A DNA stretch of 64,000 bases from Callorhinchus milii (lineage: Eukaryota), in NCBI RefSeq assembly GCF_018977255.1, contig NW_024704743.1, forward strand, positions 103,976,001 to 104,040,000, written 5' to 3'. The notes beneath the pieces were generated by a model, which saw only the letters and a list, made by a program, of their open reading frames with translations, was not told the origin of the DNA and searched no databases. Position numbers and translations under genes: made by a program. Position 1 is the stretch's first letter. The number at the start of each line of letters is the position of its first letter. Positions 1 through 12,849 of the stretch are shown one piece after another.

Positions 1-319
1 AAATATTTTTACATATTATGCACCATAACAATAGGTGACAGCTGGAGACAATTCTGGCAGGAGCAGACACATCCTGAATGTGATTCTGGCAGCTGCTCGT
101 TTGCAGAGGCTAACTTTCAGGATTGATACTAGTGTAAAAATGAGCAAGTCACTGGTTTTCCCAATGCCTTTGCATAAAATACACATTCATTACATTTTAC
201 AACAGTGGTCTCCAACCTTTATCCAACAGAACCAATCGCATAAAGGACTTACTCAGGAAATATCCCAATTTACTGTATGCTCAGTCCACCCCTTACTGTA
301 AAGTAGTTGACTATGTGTT

Positions 320-965
320 TGTGGGCAAACACAGCATCCAATTTGTACACAGCAGCATCTTGCAAACAGCCATGAAGTAATCACCAATTTGGGGGATTGT
401 CAGCCAGAACACCAGGAGAAACTCGCTTGTCTTTTTAAATAGTGCCAAGGGATCTGAAAAAGCAAATGGAACCTCGGTTTGATATCTTATCCAAAGCATA
501 GCACTTCTAACAATGAAGTGTTGCTCAAGCATTGCACTGGAGTGACAACCTGGAGTCCTGTAGCTCAGTGGTTAGAGCACTCGCTTTGCAAGCGAGAGAC
601 CTGAGTTCAATTCCAGGCAGGGCGAAACCTTGGGCAAGTTTCCTTACTCCACACGCCTAATAGTAATCCCTCCAAAAAAACCAAAAACAATAATAAATTG
701 GTTATTTTCAATCCACGATGGTTTGTGGGACATTGCTGTGCGTAATTGGCTGTCGCGTTCGCCCACAAATATACAGTCAATTCACTTTACAGTGTGTTCT
801 GTGAAGTGCTTTGGGACATCCTCCCGACATGAAAAGCGCTATATCAAATGTGAGGATTATTATTATTATAACCTAGACTATGTGTTCAAAGTCCCAACTT
901 GGAGTTTGAACCCACAATCTTCTGACTCAGAGATGAGAGTGCTACAAACTGAGCTAGGCTGACAC
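320..965 (-). mobile_element. Old Deu-domain SINE (SacSINE1/AmnSINE-like), split by the young SINE
   Basis: Motifs AATAGTGCC.GGGATC, CCTCGGTTT, TGCACTGGAGTG and TTCTGACTCAGAG..GAGAGTGCTAC recur at ~14100-14535, ~28290-28515, ~37730-37945 and ~43080-43470. The family name is from recall. Confidence 0.7.
552..869 (+). mobile_element. Full-length tRNA(Ala)-derived SINE, short subfamily
   Basis: Pol III A box (TAGCTCAGTGG) and B box (GTTCAATTCC) around a TGC anticodon-like loop, Deu-like central block, L2-type tail, (TTA)n end. AACCT TSD at 547-551 and 870-874. Confidence 0.93.
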
Positions 966-1162
966 CCTGAAATCATCCAACACTGCTGTAGTGTGTACAA
1001 GAATTGTACTCCAGCAAGAGCTAACAACTTTATGAGAGGAAAGAAAACTAGAGTTGTAACAGAGAAGTTAAAGCTTACAGCAAAGGGCTAGAAGTATCTT
1101 TGATACGAAGGGGTTCAGATAACATTAGTGAATCATTAGTGAGTGTTTATGTAACATGGTAT

Positions 1163-1518
1163 ATAATAATAATCCTTGCATTTGATATAGCACCTTATCA
1201 CGTCTTTGAGACGTCTCAAAGCGCTTCACGGAATATACTGTAAAGTTAATTTACTGTATATTTTGTGCGGCAGCCAATTGGGCACAGAAGTGTCCCACAA
1301 ACTGTCGTGGATTGAGTGACCAATTTTTTTTTGAATGAAGAAATTATTACCCCGGAAAAGCAATCCACCAATCAACTAACAACCAGGTTTCTATTTACTA
1401 CTGGTAAACAGAGGCGTGTGGAGTAAGGAAACTTGCCCACCATTTTGCCTTGCCGGGAATCAAACCCAGGTTTTTCGCTTGTGAGGAGAGTGCTCTAACC
1501 ACTGAGCTACAGGACTCC
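1163..1518 (-). mobile_element. Full-length tRNA-SINE, long subfamily
   Basis: Same head as 552-869, with an extra ~75-bp internal segment and a tail hairpin ACGTC-TCAAA-GACGT. Confidence 0.9.
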
Positions 1519-3756
1519 GCGTATCATTGAAGACTCCACAAATATATCATTGAAGATGGTGCTAGACATGCATATTCATAACATATAATTTTTCTTTTTC
1601 TTCTGTTGGAGTTTATATTTTATTGCTGACAAGCTTTCTTTACCTGCACAATTGTGAACCCTGAGCTTCATTGTGTATGTAACAGTGGAGCACGGCAATG
1701 TACCAGAAAAGACCATTGTGGTCCATCTGGTTGACCTCAAAGTAAAACAAAAATGTACTATTCTATGCTTCATATTCCTCAGTCGATTTTTTTGCCAAAA
1801 TATCTGTCTAATTCCCTCTTAAAATTGTTGGCGCAATATGTCTTCAGCCTTTCCCTGGATAGATCATTCCATATATTCATCACACTGTATAAATTAATAC
1901 TCTTAACATCTAAGCAGTCTTCTGAACTTGAGTTGTTTCCCTCTTTATTACGTTTGTAACTATGTCAAACACATTATTTGGGTTCTGTTTATTTTATACC
2001 CAATAGGTTTGTCATGCATGATTTCTCTCCCATAACCATGGTATTCACTATTATAATGCTATTTTTCTCTAGGTGCTTCATTACTCCTTCCTACAAGATG
2101 TCATCAATATTTTCCTTGCCACAGATGTCAAACTCACTGGTTTATAGTTCCCCAGCATACCTTTTAATCCCTATATATGAATTGATATTGCATTCCCTCA
2201 TCTCCAGTTTTTCATCCCGAAATCCTTTTGCCTCGCCCCCCTCCCTTGCCTCATTCAAGGCCCGTCTCAAGACGTTCCTCTTTGACTGCACCTTCGATCA
2301 TCCTCCCACCCCAACCATTTGCCCTTCACCCCTCTTAATTCGAATCCCCAGCTCGGGAACAAACTCTCAACTGTCCAACGCCTTGGGACTTCCTCCCAAC
2401 GTGAAAGGCATTATATAAATGCAACTTGTTGTTGTTATTTTGTTCATTACTCGTGTGTTCAATGAATCCCCAAAGATACTCACCAGAACGTGATCAATTT
2501 TATCAGCCATTTCCTTAAGTACCCGAGTGTACACTCCATCCCAGGTCTGGTGCCTTGTCACCTTTAATAGTGGGAGGACTAAGCAATAAAACATTCAAGT
2601 GAGACATCAGAATTAGGAAAAGGAAACAAACCAGCTTATACATATGTTTTCACTTATGCCGACACATACAAAGTGAAGAAAATAATGGATTGTGGTGCAG
2701 TCAGCAGACCTCCTCAGGGTCAGGTATTATTGAACATATGGAATACCAAGGACTTCAATCAGGGACTTGGAACATATTATTGAAATGAAATTCTTGGAAA
2801 ACAGAAGAGGAAGAATAAAACACAGGAAAAGAAAGAATTTACGTTTTTCTTGCACCTTATTAGGTCAAACTATTTTGAAGTATTCTACAGATATTTACTG
2901 TAAAGTGTAGTGACTGTTTTTGGAAACATCTTCATGTTTTCATTGGTTTTGAAAAAGTAGGTGATCAACCCACTTCCCACCATCCCCACAGCACAATAAC
3001 CTCAATTCTTTACACAATTGGACAGGAGACGGAATTCCTCACTCAAGACAGCAAATTATGTAAAACTCTTGTATCAACCAATATGTTTATAAGTTAGCAG
3101 CAGTCAGCTTGGTCAGGTCTAGAGAAAGGTTCTACAGAGATAAGACAACACACCCAAAACCCTTCTGAATGGAAAGTGATTATTTTCACAAGTTCACAAC
3201 AGAGGTGATGGTGTAATGAATTATTGACCTTTTGAAATTTACCTAGTTTGCCAATGTATCTCAGTATTTGCCCACAAATATACAGTCAATTTAATTTACA
3301 GACTATTCTGTGAAGTGTTTGAGACGTCTAGAAGACGTGAAAAGCGCGATATTAAATGCAAGTATTATTATTATACTAGAACCATACAAAACTTACAGCT
3401 TAGAAGAAGACCATTTGGCCCATCGTGTCTGTGCTGGCTCTTTGAAAGAGCAATTCATTCAGTTCCGTTTACTTGGCTGTTCCTAGTGACTTGTAAATGA
3501 TTCATTTTAAATACCTATCTAGTTCTCTCTTGAAAACTAATATGGATTCTGCCTTGAGTGCTGCACCTAGCAGGGCATCCCATATCCTGTTCACATTGTA
3601 CACGCCCAGAGCACCGAGACTGCCCTGGTCAAAGTCACCAACAGCATTCTCTCCATCTATAACCAGGGCTCCCTTTGCTTTCTTGTTCTCTTCAACCTCT
3701 ATGCCACCTTTGTTACCATTGATCACTCTCCACTGTCTCTCCTCCCTGCTTAACGT

Positions 3757-4057
3757 GGAGTCCTGTAGCTCAGTGGTAGAGCACTCGCCTTGCAAGTGAG
3801 ACACCTGGGTTCAATTCCAGGCAGGGCGAAACGTTGGGGAAGTTTCTTACTCCACACGCCTAACAATAATCCCTCCAAAAAAAAAAATTGGTCATTTTCA
3901 ATCCACAACTGTTTGTGGGACACTGCTGTGCGCAATTGGCTGCTGTGTTTCGCCCACAAATATACTGTCAATTCACTTTACAGCATATTCTGTGAAGCGC
4001 TTTGAGATGTCTAGAAGACAGGAAATGTGTTAAATCAAGTGCAAGGATTATTATCAT
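3757..4057 (+). mobile_element. Full-length tRNA-SINE
   Basis: GGAGTCCTGTAGCTCAGTGG head; tail with a TAGAA loop. Adjacent to CR1 3'-end (~3378-3600, minus) and L2 (~3600-3750, plus) fragments. Confidence 0.9.
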
Positions 4058-5986
4058 TAACCTGTGCATCCCTGGTTTTACTTTTACTTGTTACATCATT
4101 TTCACTTTGTTACATTTTGCTGCCTCAATGAAATCCAGATCTCAACCTTCAAGGTTTGAATTGCACTTTCAACACTGTCACACTACAAAATAGCCATTAG
4201 CCTCAGCTGCACCAGTAAATCCTACGAATGAGATACTTCACTAGTCGGAAAGAGCATCTGGCCTGTCTGTAGAAATGAAAAGTGAAAGCAAAATTTAACC
4301 CGAAGATCTTATCAAACGCTTTTATGTATTGTCAATATTTTTCACAAGTTTCTATTCACCATGAAGGGAGTTATAAAGGTTGTTTGTTGTCTTCAATATT
4401 CAAGGTTACCCATTGCAAAATCCTTTAAAATAAATTGATATAATAAATTGTTTCAAAAACAAAATGGACAGCAGTATGGTACACTTTTGTCAAGCATATC
4501 ATAATTTGGTGATTTATTAAATGCCTCCTTATCAGTGTGTACACACAAATGTGTCAGAGTTAAAAATCAGAAAATGTCATTTGTGATTCTGTTTTGACAC
4601 TATGCTTCCGTTTATAACTACATTTGTGTCCAGAATTTAAGATAACAGTTATTGGTCCTAATAGGCACTGTGAAAATAGTTTTCTATCTGCAACTGTGTA
4701 AACCCTTCCTGGAAATCAATCTGGAAAAATTTGTAAATAAATATACCAGACAAGATGGTTTAGTGCCAATCCAGAGGCCATTACTAAGCTAAGAATGCAA
4801 TAATTTGTATTCTTTGTTGCAAAGCCAAGGATGTCATAAATGTTATTCCCTGTTGCTAAGATAGTGTCACACAAGCTCATGGAAAATCCTATGAATGACA
4901 AGCAGTTGCAATATCTCAACCACAATATCCTACTATCTTTAGGTGGCCAAGTTGGCTTCAGAATAAATTGGTTCAGTTACAACGCCCTAAGTTTCATAGT
5001 TCAGGAATGCAGAAGTTCTTTTGATGGCCAGCACAAATTTAGATTCCTACCCTTTAATATTTTTGCACCATTCGATGGGTGTGTAGACTTGTGCCTTCAT
5101 ATCAAATGCAAGGATTATTATTAATTATTATTATTATGTATTATTATTCATATTGTATCACATCAAGTCATCTATTGAACTAAATCAATAACTTCCTCAG
5201 AAGAACTAACTTCAGATCAGGATTAGGATATGATGGGCAAGTCATCTCCTTACTCCTCGCTCAGTTCCACTGACTCAGCATTCCTCCATCAGAGCAAATT
5301 CAAGATCCTCGCGTTTGCATTCAAATCCCTCCTTGACCTCACCACACCATACCTTTGTTACCACTTCTGCTAGCCCGGCCATCCATGCCACTCAATGAAC
5401 ACTCATGTCCTCAGCCCAGACCGCTTCAGCAGCATTGGGCAAGCTTTCATCCATTCTGAATAATCCATCCTCTCTGAAAGCTTTCATCCACATCCATGTC
5501 GCCCCCTCTCTTCAATTTTAAAGCTCCCCCTTCTTCAACCATGCTTTCAAACTCCCCACCTCCTTCAGCTCCTGCACCCTTAATTCGGGCTCCCAGTCAG
5601 CTTAAGAGCTTTGAGACATCCTCTTGATGTGTAAGGTGCAACATAAATGTAGATTGGTGTTGCTGTTTCCTGGCAGATGTGTTCTCTTTGCCAATAGCAC
5701 CTCCCTCAACAGAATAGATATGTTACCATCTTAAACTGAAGTAGCAGCCAAATGGCTGCGAGGAGGTTTAGACAGTGGATGGATTATTGGTGTATTTTGG
5801 TATTGAAAAGGCCAAGTTAGTAATTCTGATAAGAGATTGATTACAAAATGTTCAGCTCAATGGCTTGGTAACCACATGTAATCTATTTAGGAGCAAATGT
5901 GGTGATGGAGCTTGAAAACAACAATAGAAGATTGACAATCCTCAGAACACCTCAGGTCTATTACCTCAGTCAGCTCTTATCGTGTA

Positions 5987-6602
5987 CATTCCTACTCACT
6001 TATTTTGAACCATTTATGCCAAAATCCCACTTACATCGACACTTATCTGTACATTAATATTAAAACACTTACCATCTGTGTTAATATTGACCTAAACTCT
6101 GGCACACTTATGTCGACAAATTGTTTAGATCCTTAACAGTATTAAAGACATTGTTTTATTACCACTTATGTCAACAGTGTGACAGTGTTTAAATGACTTT
6201 TTTTACTATTTTTGTAAATAAGTTAGTGAAATGTTTGTCAACATGATAACGAAAATACATGGAAATAAATGCTTCAGGAATTTTAATTAAATGTATAACT
6301 CTTTCCAAATAAATCAATAAAAATACATGTAAATACATGGAATAGAAATTTTATTCACAGAAAATCTATTGTCCACTTGTGGCCACCTATGTCGACAAAC
6401 CGCTTATGACCTTTCTCTTTGACTGTGCCTTCGTTCACCCATCCCCAATCCTCCCCCTTTTGATTCCAACCCCCAGCTCAGGTGCAAACCCTTAACTGAC
6501 TGGCGGCCTTCCTACATGAAAGGTGCTATATAAATGTAATGTTGTTATATGTTGATAAAACTCGAACGGCCCTCATGGTGTCAACATGTGTGGGTAGGAC
6601 TG
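5987..6602. mobile_element. Tigger/pogo-like MITE, interrupted by an L2 3' fragment (~6412-6555)
   Basis: Imperfect terminal inverted repeats CATTCCTACTCACTTAT and ATGTGTGGGTAGGACTG, a TA dinucleotide on the left, and a repeated internal motif CACTTATGTCGACA. Confidence 0.6.
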
Positions 6603-7103
6603 TTTCCTCTGTGCTACATTGCAGAGAAGACTAATCTCTTGCTTCTTCATTCATAATTCAAAGCAATACAGACCAAGGAAGATAAGGAAAATGATTTACT
6701 CCACATTGGCAACCACCTTCTGGCCCATGAATCAGGTTCTTGGTTCTTTGATCTAAATATACAGATCTTTCTGGTCTAAATAGCTCACCTCTTGAATGAT
6801 TAAAAGATCCGAAAATTGTTTCGAATGTAACATGTCCCTTTTAGGTGGAGAGTTAACCATTGCATTCTGCGTGTTGGAATAAGCAAAAAAGCACTATCAC
6901 TTTTAATGACAATCTGCCTAACTTCAATAATGGACATGGTAGGTAAATTGTTCATATCTCCCAGTAAGCAAAATGCACAATCACTACACTTCATAGTCAA
7001 TCCTGTGAAGTGCTTCTAGATGTCCTCTTGTCATTAAAGGTGTGATATCAAACGCAAAGATTTTATTTTTTAAATCTCTGTTCTCCTAATGAGTGTAATT
7101 TTA

Positions 7104-7470
7104 GGAGTCCTGTAGCTCAATGGTTAGAGCACTCGCCTTGCAAGCGAGAGACCTGGGTTCGATTCGCAGCAAGGCAAAACCTTGGGCAAGTTTCCTTACT
7201 GCATTATCATCCCTGATAACAATCCCTCAAGAAAAAAAAAACAGGAATAAAATTGGTCACTTCAATCCACGACTGTTTGTGGGACACTGCTGTACGCAAT
7301 TGGCTGCCGCGTTCGCCCACAAATATACAGTCAATTCACTTTACAGTGTGTTCTGTGAAGCGCTTTGGGACGTCCTCCCGACGTGAAAAGCGCTATATCA
7401 AATGCAAGGATTATTATTGTCTAGAAGACGTTAAAAGCGCTATATCAAATGCAAGGATTATTATTTATTA
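7104..7470 (+). mobile_element. Full-length tRNA-SINE with a duplicated 3' tail
   Basis: Head at 7104; the first tail ends ~7418 and is followed by a second AAAAGCGCTATATCAAATGCAAGGATTATTAT block. Confidence 0.9.
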
Positions 7471-7479
7471 TAATCCCTT

Positions 7480-9391
7480 GAGCAGAGAGCCCAGCAGAGT
7501 GAGGAGGTAACTGAGTGAGGTGAAACAGAGTGGGAACTCTGTGCAGGAATTTGGTAAGAGTGGGAATTTGGTGCAGAAGGGGAAAGAGGTGCATAATTAA
7601 AGAATATATAATATTTATATTATTATAACATAAAATATGTTTGGGAATATGGCAGGGCAGCTGAGACCTATTGCATGCACAATGTATGCCATGTGGGAAC
7701 TCCAGAATGCTTTGTGTGCCCTGGACAAACACTTGTATAGGAAGTGGCTCCGGCTCCTTGAGCTTGAGCTCAGGGTTTCAGGGTATCACTACATAGCGTA
7801 CGGGAGGCTGAAGAGTTCATGGATAGAACATTTCAGGAGGTAGTCACCCCAGAACCACAAAGGGTTCAGAAGGAGAATGAGTGGGTGACCATCCGGCATG
7901 GTAGGAAGATGGAATAGGTAGTGCAGAAATCCTGTGAGTGTGGCACACACAAATCGGTTCTCTGTACTGAATACTGGTGAGGGTGATGACACCTCTGGGG
8001 AACGGAGTCAAAAGCGAATTGATGCACAGGGTGATACAGGGAAGAATCATTGCAGTTGTCATTGGGGCCACAACAGTGAAAGGAGTAGACAGGCGTTTCT
8101 TCAACCAAAGAGGTAGCGAGGTTGTGGGTGATAGGGTCACTGAGCCTGGTGTGGGAGAGGACGCAGCCAATGCCACATTATCGGAGGACAGGGTAGAGAA
8201 ATTGGATAGGATAAGAATAAACAGAGGAGGTACTAAAAATGTTGTTGGTGTTCAAAGTAGATAAGTAACCCAGTCCAGACGGGATGCATCCGAGGTTACT
8301 AAAGGAAGAGTGGAAATAGCGGTGGCTCTGGCCACAATCTTTCAATTCTCCTTGGACACTGGGATGATGCCAGAGGACTGGAGGGATTCAAATATTACTC
8401 CCCTGTACAAAAAGGAGCAAAAGGATGAACACAGGTCACACAGCCTAATGTCAGGAGTGGGGAAACTTCTAGAGAATATAATCTGGGCCAAAATAAATTT
8501 TCACTTAGAAAAATATGGGTTAATAAAGAACAATCAACACGGATTTGTTAAAGGCAAATCGTGTCTAACAAACCTGATACAGTTTTTTGATGGAGTAACG
8601 GAGAGGGTAGATGAAGATTGTGCAGTTGATGTAGTTTCTATGCATTTTCAAAAGACATTTGACAAAGTGCCACATAAGAGACTTGTAAGCAGAATAGAAG
8701 CCCACAATATTAAAGGGACAGTAGCAGCATGGATACAGAACTGGCTGGGACACAGAAAGCAGAGAATGGTGGTGAACAGTTGCTTTTCCAACTGGAGGGA
8801 AGTGTGCAGTGGTATCCCCCAGGGGTCAGTATTGGGACCACTGCTCTTTTTCATTTGTATAAATGACCTGGACTTGAGTGCAGGGAGTACAGTTTCCAAG
8901 CTTGCAGATGATACTAAGCTCGGAAAAGTAGTAAACAGTAAAGAGGATAGTAGCAGAGTAGCAAGGAGAAACTTTTTCTACTGGCGGGTGGGCTGGTAAC
9001 CCAAGGACACCGATTTAAAATAGTTGTTAAAAGAAACAGGGGAGGTGAGGAGAAATTTTTTCACGCAGCGAATTGTTCGGATCTGGAATACATTGCCTCA
9101 AAGGGTGGTGGAAGCCAATTCAACAACAACTTTTAAGAGAGAATTAGATAATAATTTTTACCTATTATTAGTATAATTAATATAATTATCAGCACTTTGG
9201 GACGTCCTTCCGACGTGAAAGGCGCTCTATAAATGTAATTTTGTTGTTGTTGTTGTATTTGGGGAGAACACGTTTGCAGGGCTGCGGAGAGAGAGCAGGA
9301 GAGTGAGATTGATTTAGACAGCTCTTTTCAAAGAGCCGGCACAGACATGATGGGCTGAATGGCCTCCTTCTGTGCTGTATGATTCTATGAA
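7480..9391 (+). mobile_element. Internally deleted CR1-clade LINE with ORF1 remnant, RT remnant and 3' end
   Basis: ORF1-like MAGQLRPIAC..MWEL..LLELELRV and esterase-like AVVIGATTVKGVDRRF. RT motifs [36 protein letters not shown] and ADDTKL. 3' end GGGCTGAATGGCCT...TATGATTCTATGA. An L2 tail is inserted at ~9190-9256. Confidence 0.9.
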
Positions 9392-11850
9392 TGCAAAGAA
9401 TTATGTTTTAGCAGTGGACACAGGGGCTTCAGGTCCAGTTTGCCCAGTCACTAAAGGTTAATATTTTAGCCATGGTCTTCGGGCTACAACATAGTGAAAT
9501 GTTGGGCTTCTGATATCAGCAGTAATAGGTTGCATTTCAAAGAGACTTTGGTAGCAGGTTTCATTACCTGTTCAAATTCTCTAAGCACTAGTGGGATAAT
9601 AGCTAGTTCTCAAGTAAGCAAGCACAGGACGGAAAGGGTACAATTTCCATATCTCGTAGAGAAAGATCCAGTTATGGCAGCGACTGTTTAGTGAGAAGAT
9701 ACTGAATTACTAGAAACTGTAATACTCTGAACCATTGAAAAGAAGCAACTGGGCTATCGTTCCTCTAAAAGCTTATATGTGGAGCAGCAGTTTAGGAGTT
9801 ATTAGTACCAGGCCTCCGTGCTTTTGCCAGAAAAACAGAGCTGAAAGTATTATCGAATGTCACGCTACAGACAAAGGCCATTTGGCACCTTACTACAATG
9901 TGTCCTTTGGATGAGACATTTATAAGAAAAAGGTTCAGTCTCCCTGTCCGGGAATTAAAGATCCCATGGCACTATTTGAATTGAGTCTGAGCATCAAAGC
10001 GGTGAGGCTTGAGATGGGCCTTGAACGAGGTCCATCTGCAATTATCCCACTTGTGCTTAATGGATTAGAATGCGTATCCCAACCTGCTACCAAATTCTCT
10101 TTGCAATGCCACCTATTACTACTGAGATCAGAGACCCAACATTTCCCATTGCTGTAGCCTTAAGACCACTACTAAAATATTATGGCTGAAAGCCCGTCTG
10201 CTGATAATGGGGTGGATAGAGCTGGGGATATAGAACATGCCAGTGTTAATCCCACCCTCCTGCTCACTCTCCACGTTTTTTCATATTCCTTTACTTGAGC
10301 ATATACCTAATTCCCTTTCCAAATAATTTATTATCTGCTTCAACAATGGTTTTGGTAGAGAATTCCATTTTCTGTGCTGGAATAACCTCAAGGACTGTAC
10401 GTATACACATTATCTAAACTTTTCTGCATTCTCAGGAACCAGTGGGGTTAATTTCTGAAATAGCTGCTCTTATCACAGTTGTTTCCAGCTGCACCCTGTT
10501 GTTATGACACCCAATATACAAAAACACAACTCTTGTTTTAAACAGGCTGTGATGGACTGACACCAGTTGGGCTCCAGTAATAAGCTGAAAACCAATGTAA
10601 ATACATTTCAGTACTTTGAAGTTTTTCTGCATTTCCGCAGTCAGATTTTCTGAAGTTCAAATCGGATGCATCAAACAATTCATGGAATTTCATCTGCATG
10701 GGTGATACTTTGAGGCTATTAACAGCTTGGTTTACAGACACAATTAGACACTCACAGGTAGGCGTTATTACAGCAGCAAGTCCTTACAGGCCTCATTAAA
10801 AAGTCGGCATCAAAATTCACTGAATTGGTTCATGTCAGAAAATCTTTTACCTCCATTTCTACCAGTGTGTCAAATGTTTGTGAGTTTATTATATTAATCT
10901 AATGATGCAATCATAGATCAAAAGGCCACAATAGAGGGGGGCATTTCCAGCTCCTATAACTGTGGAGCAGGCACAGAATTATCTTGGTTTATCTTGGTTG
11001 TGAGGCCAAGAAGGAAGGTTGGCCAGGAAGGAGTATCCTTCCTTGTAACACTTACATAGGAATTTCATAATTTCTTTAGAATGAAACACCCATCATTCTT
11101 AAGTACTTATGTACTCAAATTACTGCCCCATCTCCAAGTTCCCTTATTTTTCCAAGATCCTTGAACAGTCATTGCTTCCCAGCTTCTCTCCTTTCTCTCC
11201 CGCCAGTCCCTTCACGAACCTCAACCTTCAAGGTTCTGTCCTTGAGTGGTTCAGAGCTAAAGTGGAGATGCTCATACCGTCTCCACATCATCTCCACAAA
11301 TGGCTTCTACTCTAGCGCCCCGGACCGTCTCGTGTAGCATTTCTCAGGGCTCTGTCCTTGATCCCCTTCTCTTCAACTTTGTGAAATCATCCACAGACAT
11401 GGAGTCAACTTACACATGTATGCGGATGACACCCACCTGTACCTCTCTGTCTCCACCCTCGACTCTAGGACCACTGCTGTGCTGACAGAATGTCTGTCCT
11501 GGATGAGAGCTAACTTTCTACAGTTGACTGTCAACAAGACCGAGACCCTCCTGATTGGCTCCCGTCAGCGCTCCACATCTCAGGAACTGGCAGCATCACC
11601 ATCCAAGGATGCACACTCCACCTCACTGAGCCAGTCTGGTATCTTGGTGTCGTGTTTGACCCTCAACTGTCCTTTCTATCCCACATCCATGCCAATGACC
11701 CGATCTGCCTACCCCACCTCCGCAACATTGCCCGGCTCTGCCACTGCCTCACCCCTCAGGCCGCCGAAACCCTCATTCATTACATCTAGGCTCATCTACA
11801 CCAACTCCCTGCTTGTCAGCCTTCCAAACTCCTCCCTCCACAAGCTACAG

Positions 11851-12727
11851 ATAAGAACATAAAAACATAAGAATTAGGAGCAGGAGTAGGCCATTCGGCC
11901 CTCGAGCCTGCCCCGCTGTTCGATAAGATCATGGCTGATCTTCAGACCTCACTCTAATTACCTGCCCTATCCCCGTATCCCCTAATCCCTCTATTTTTTA
12001 AAAAATCTATCAGTCTCAGCCTTGAAGATGTTCAAGGACCGAACATCTACAGTCTTCTGGGGTAGTGAATTCCATAAATTCACTACCCTCGGAGTGAAGA
12101 AATATTTCCTCAACTCTGTTCTAAAAGGCTGACCCTTAATTTTAAGACTGTGACCCCTGGCTATAGATTCTCCTACCTCAGTGTCTGTCTCCCTACCTCT
12201 ATAATAATAATAATAATAATCCTTGCATTTGATATAGCGCTTTTCACGTCGGGAGGACGTCCCAAAGCGCTTCACAGAACACACTGTAAAGTGAATTGAC
12301 TGTATATTTGTGGGCGAACGCGGCAGCCAATTGCGCACAGCAATGTCCCACAAACAGTCGTAGATTGAAAATGACCAATTTATTATTGTTTTTGGTTTTT
12401 ACCCCATCTATCCAGCCCTTTAAGAATCTTATATGTTTCAATAAGATCTTCCCTAATTCTTCTGTACTCTAGAGAATACAGCCCTAGTTTATTCAGCGTA
12501 TCCTCATAGGTCAGTCCCCTCATCCCAGGAACTAACCGAGTGAATCTACGCTGCACCCCCTCTAGGGCAAGTATGTCCTTTTTTAAATAAGGAGACCAAA
12601 ACTGCACACAATACTCTAGGTGCGGTTTCACCAAGGCCCTATACAGTTGTAGCAAGACTTCCCTACTCTTGTACTCTAAACCTTTTGCAATGAACACTAA
12701 CGTGCCGTTTGCCTTCTTAGTTGCTTG
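11851..12727 (-). mobile_element. CR1-clade LINE 3' fragment, split by a SINE
   Basis: LYRALVKPHLEYCVQFWSP, EGVQRRFTRLVPG, RGHSLKIKG and FFTPRVVNLWNSLP motifs; 3' end with a GGCCGAATGGCC hairpin and TTCTTATG-type repeats. Confidence 0.92.
12201..12400 (-). mobile_element. 5'-truncated tRNA-SINE, short subfamily
   Basis: Matches the 3' two-thirds of the SINE at 552-869; (TTA)n tail. Confidence 0.92.
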
Positions 12728-12849
12728 ATCATCCAGAACTCTGCAGCTCATCTGCTCTCCCACACCAAGCTCATCACCCCCACCCTTGCCCGGGTCTATT
12801 CGCTCCCCGTCACCCAGAGGATAAAGTTCAACTTTCTTCTCCTCACCTT

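Noticed and set aside
552..625. tRNA-Ala-like gene (also at 1518, 3757, 7104, 25473, 48452 and 59430)
   Set aside because: These are SINE heads. They lack a proper acceptor stem and continue into the SINE body and tail, several with TSDs.
630..962. Recurrent ORF peptide [25 protein letters not shown]
   Set aside because: A translation of the SINE body that repeats wherever the SINE occurs.
8310..8999. 229-aa RT ORF as a functional or domesticated gene
   Set aside because: A decayed CR1 RT with altered motifs and deletions on both sides.
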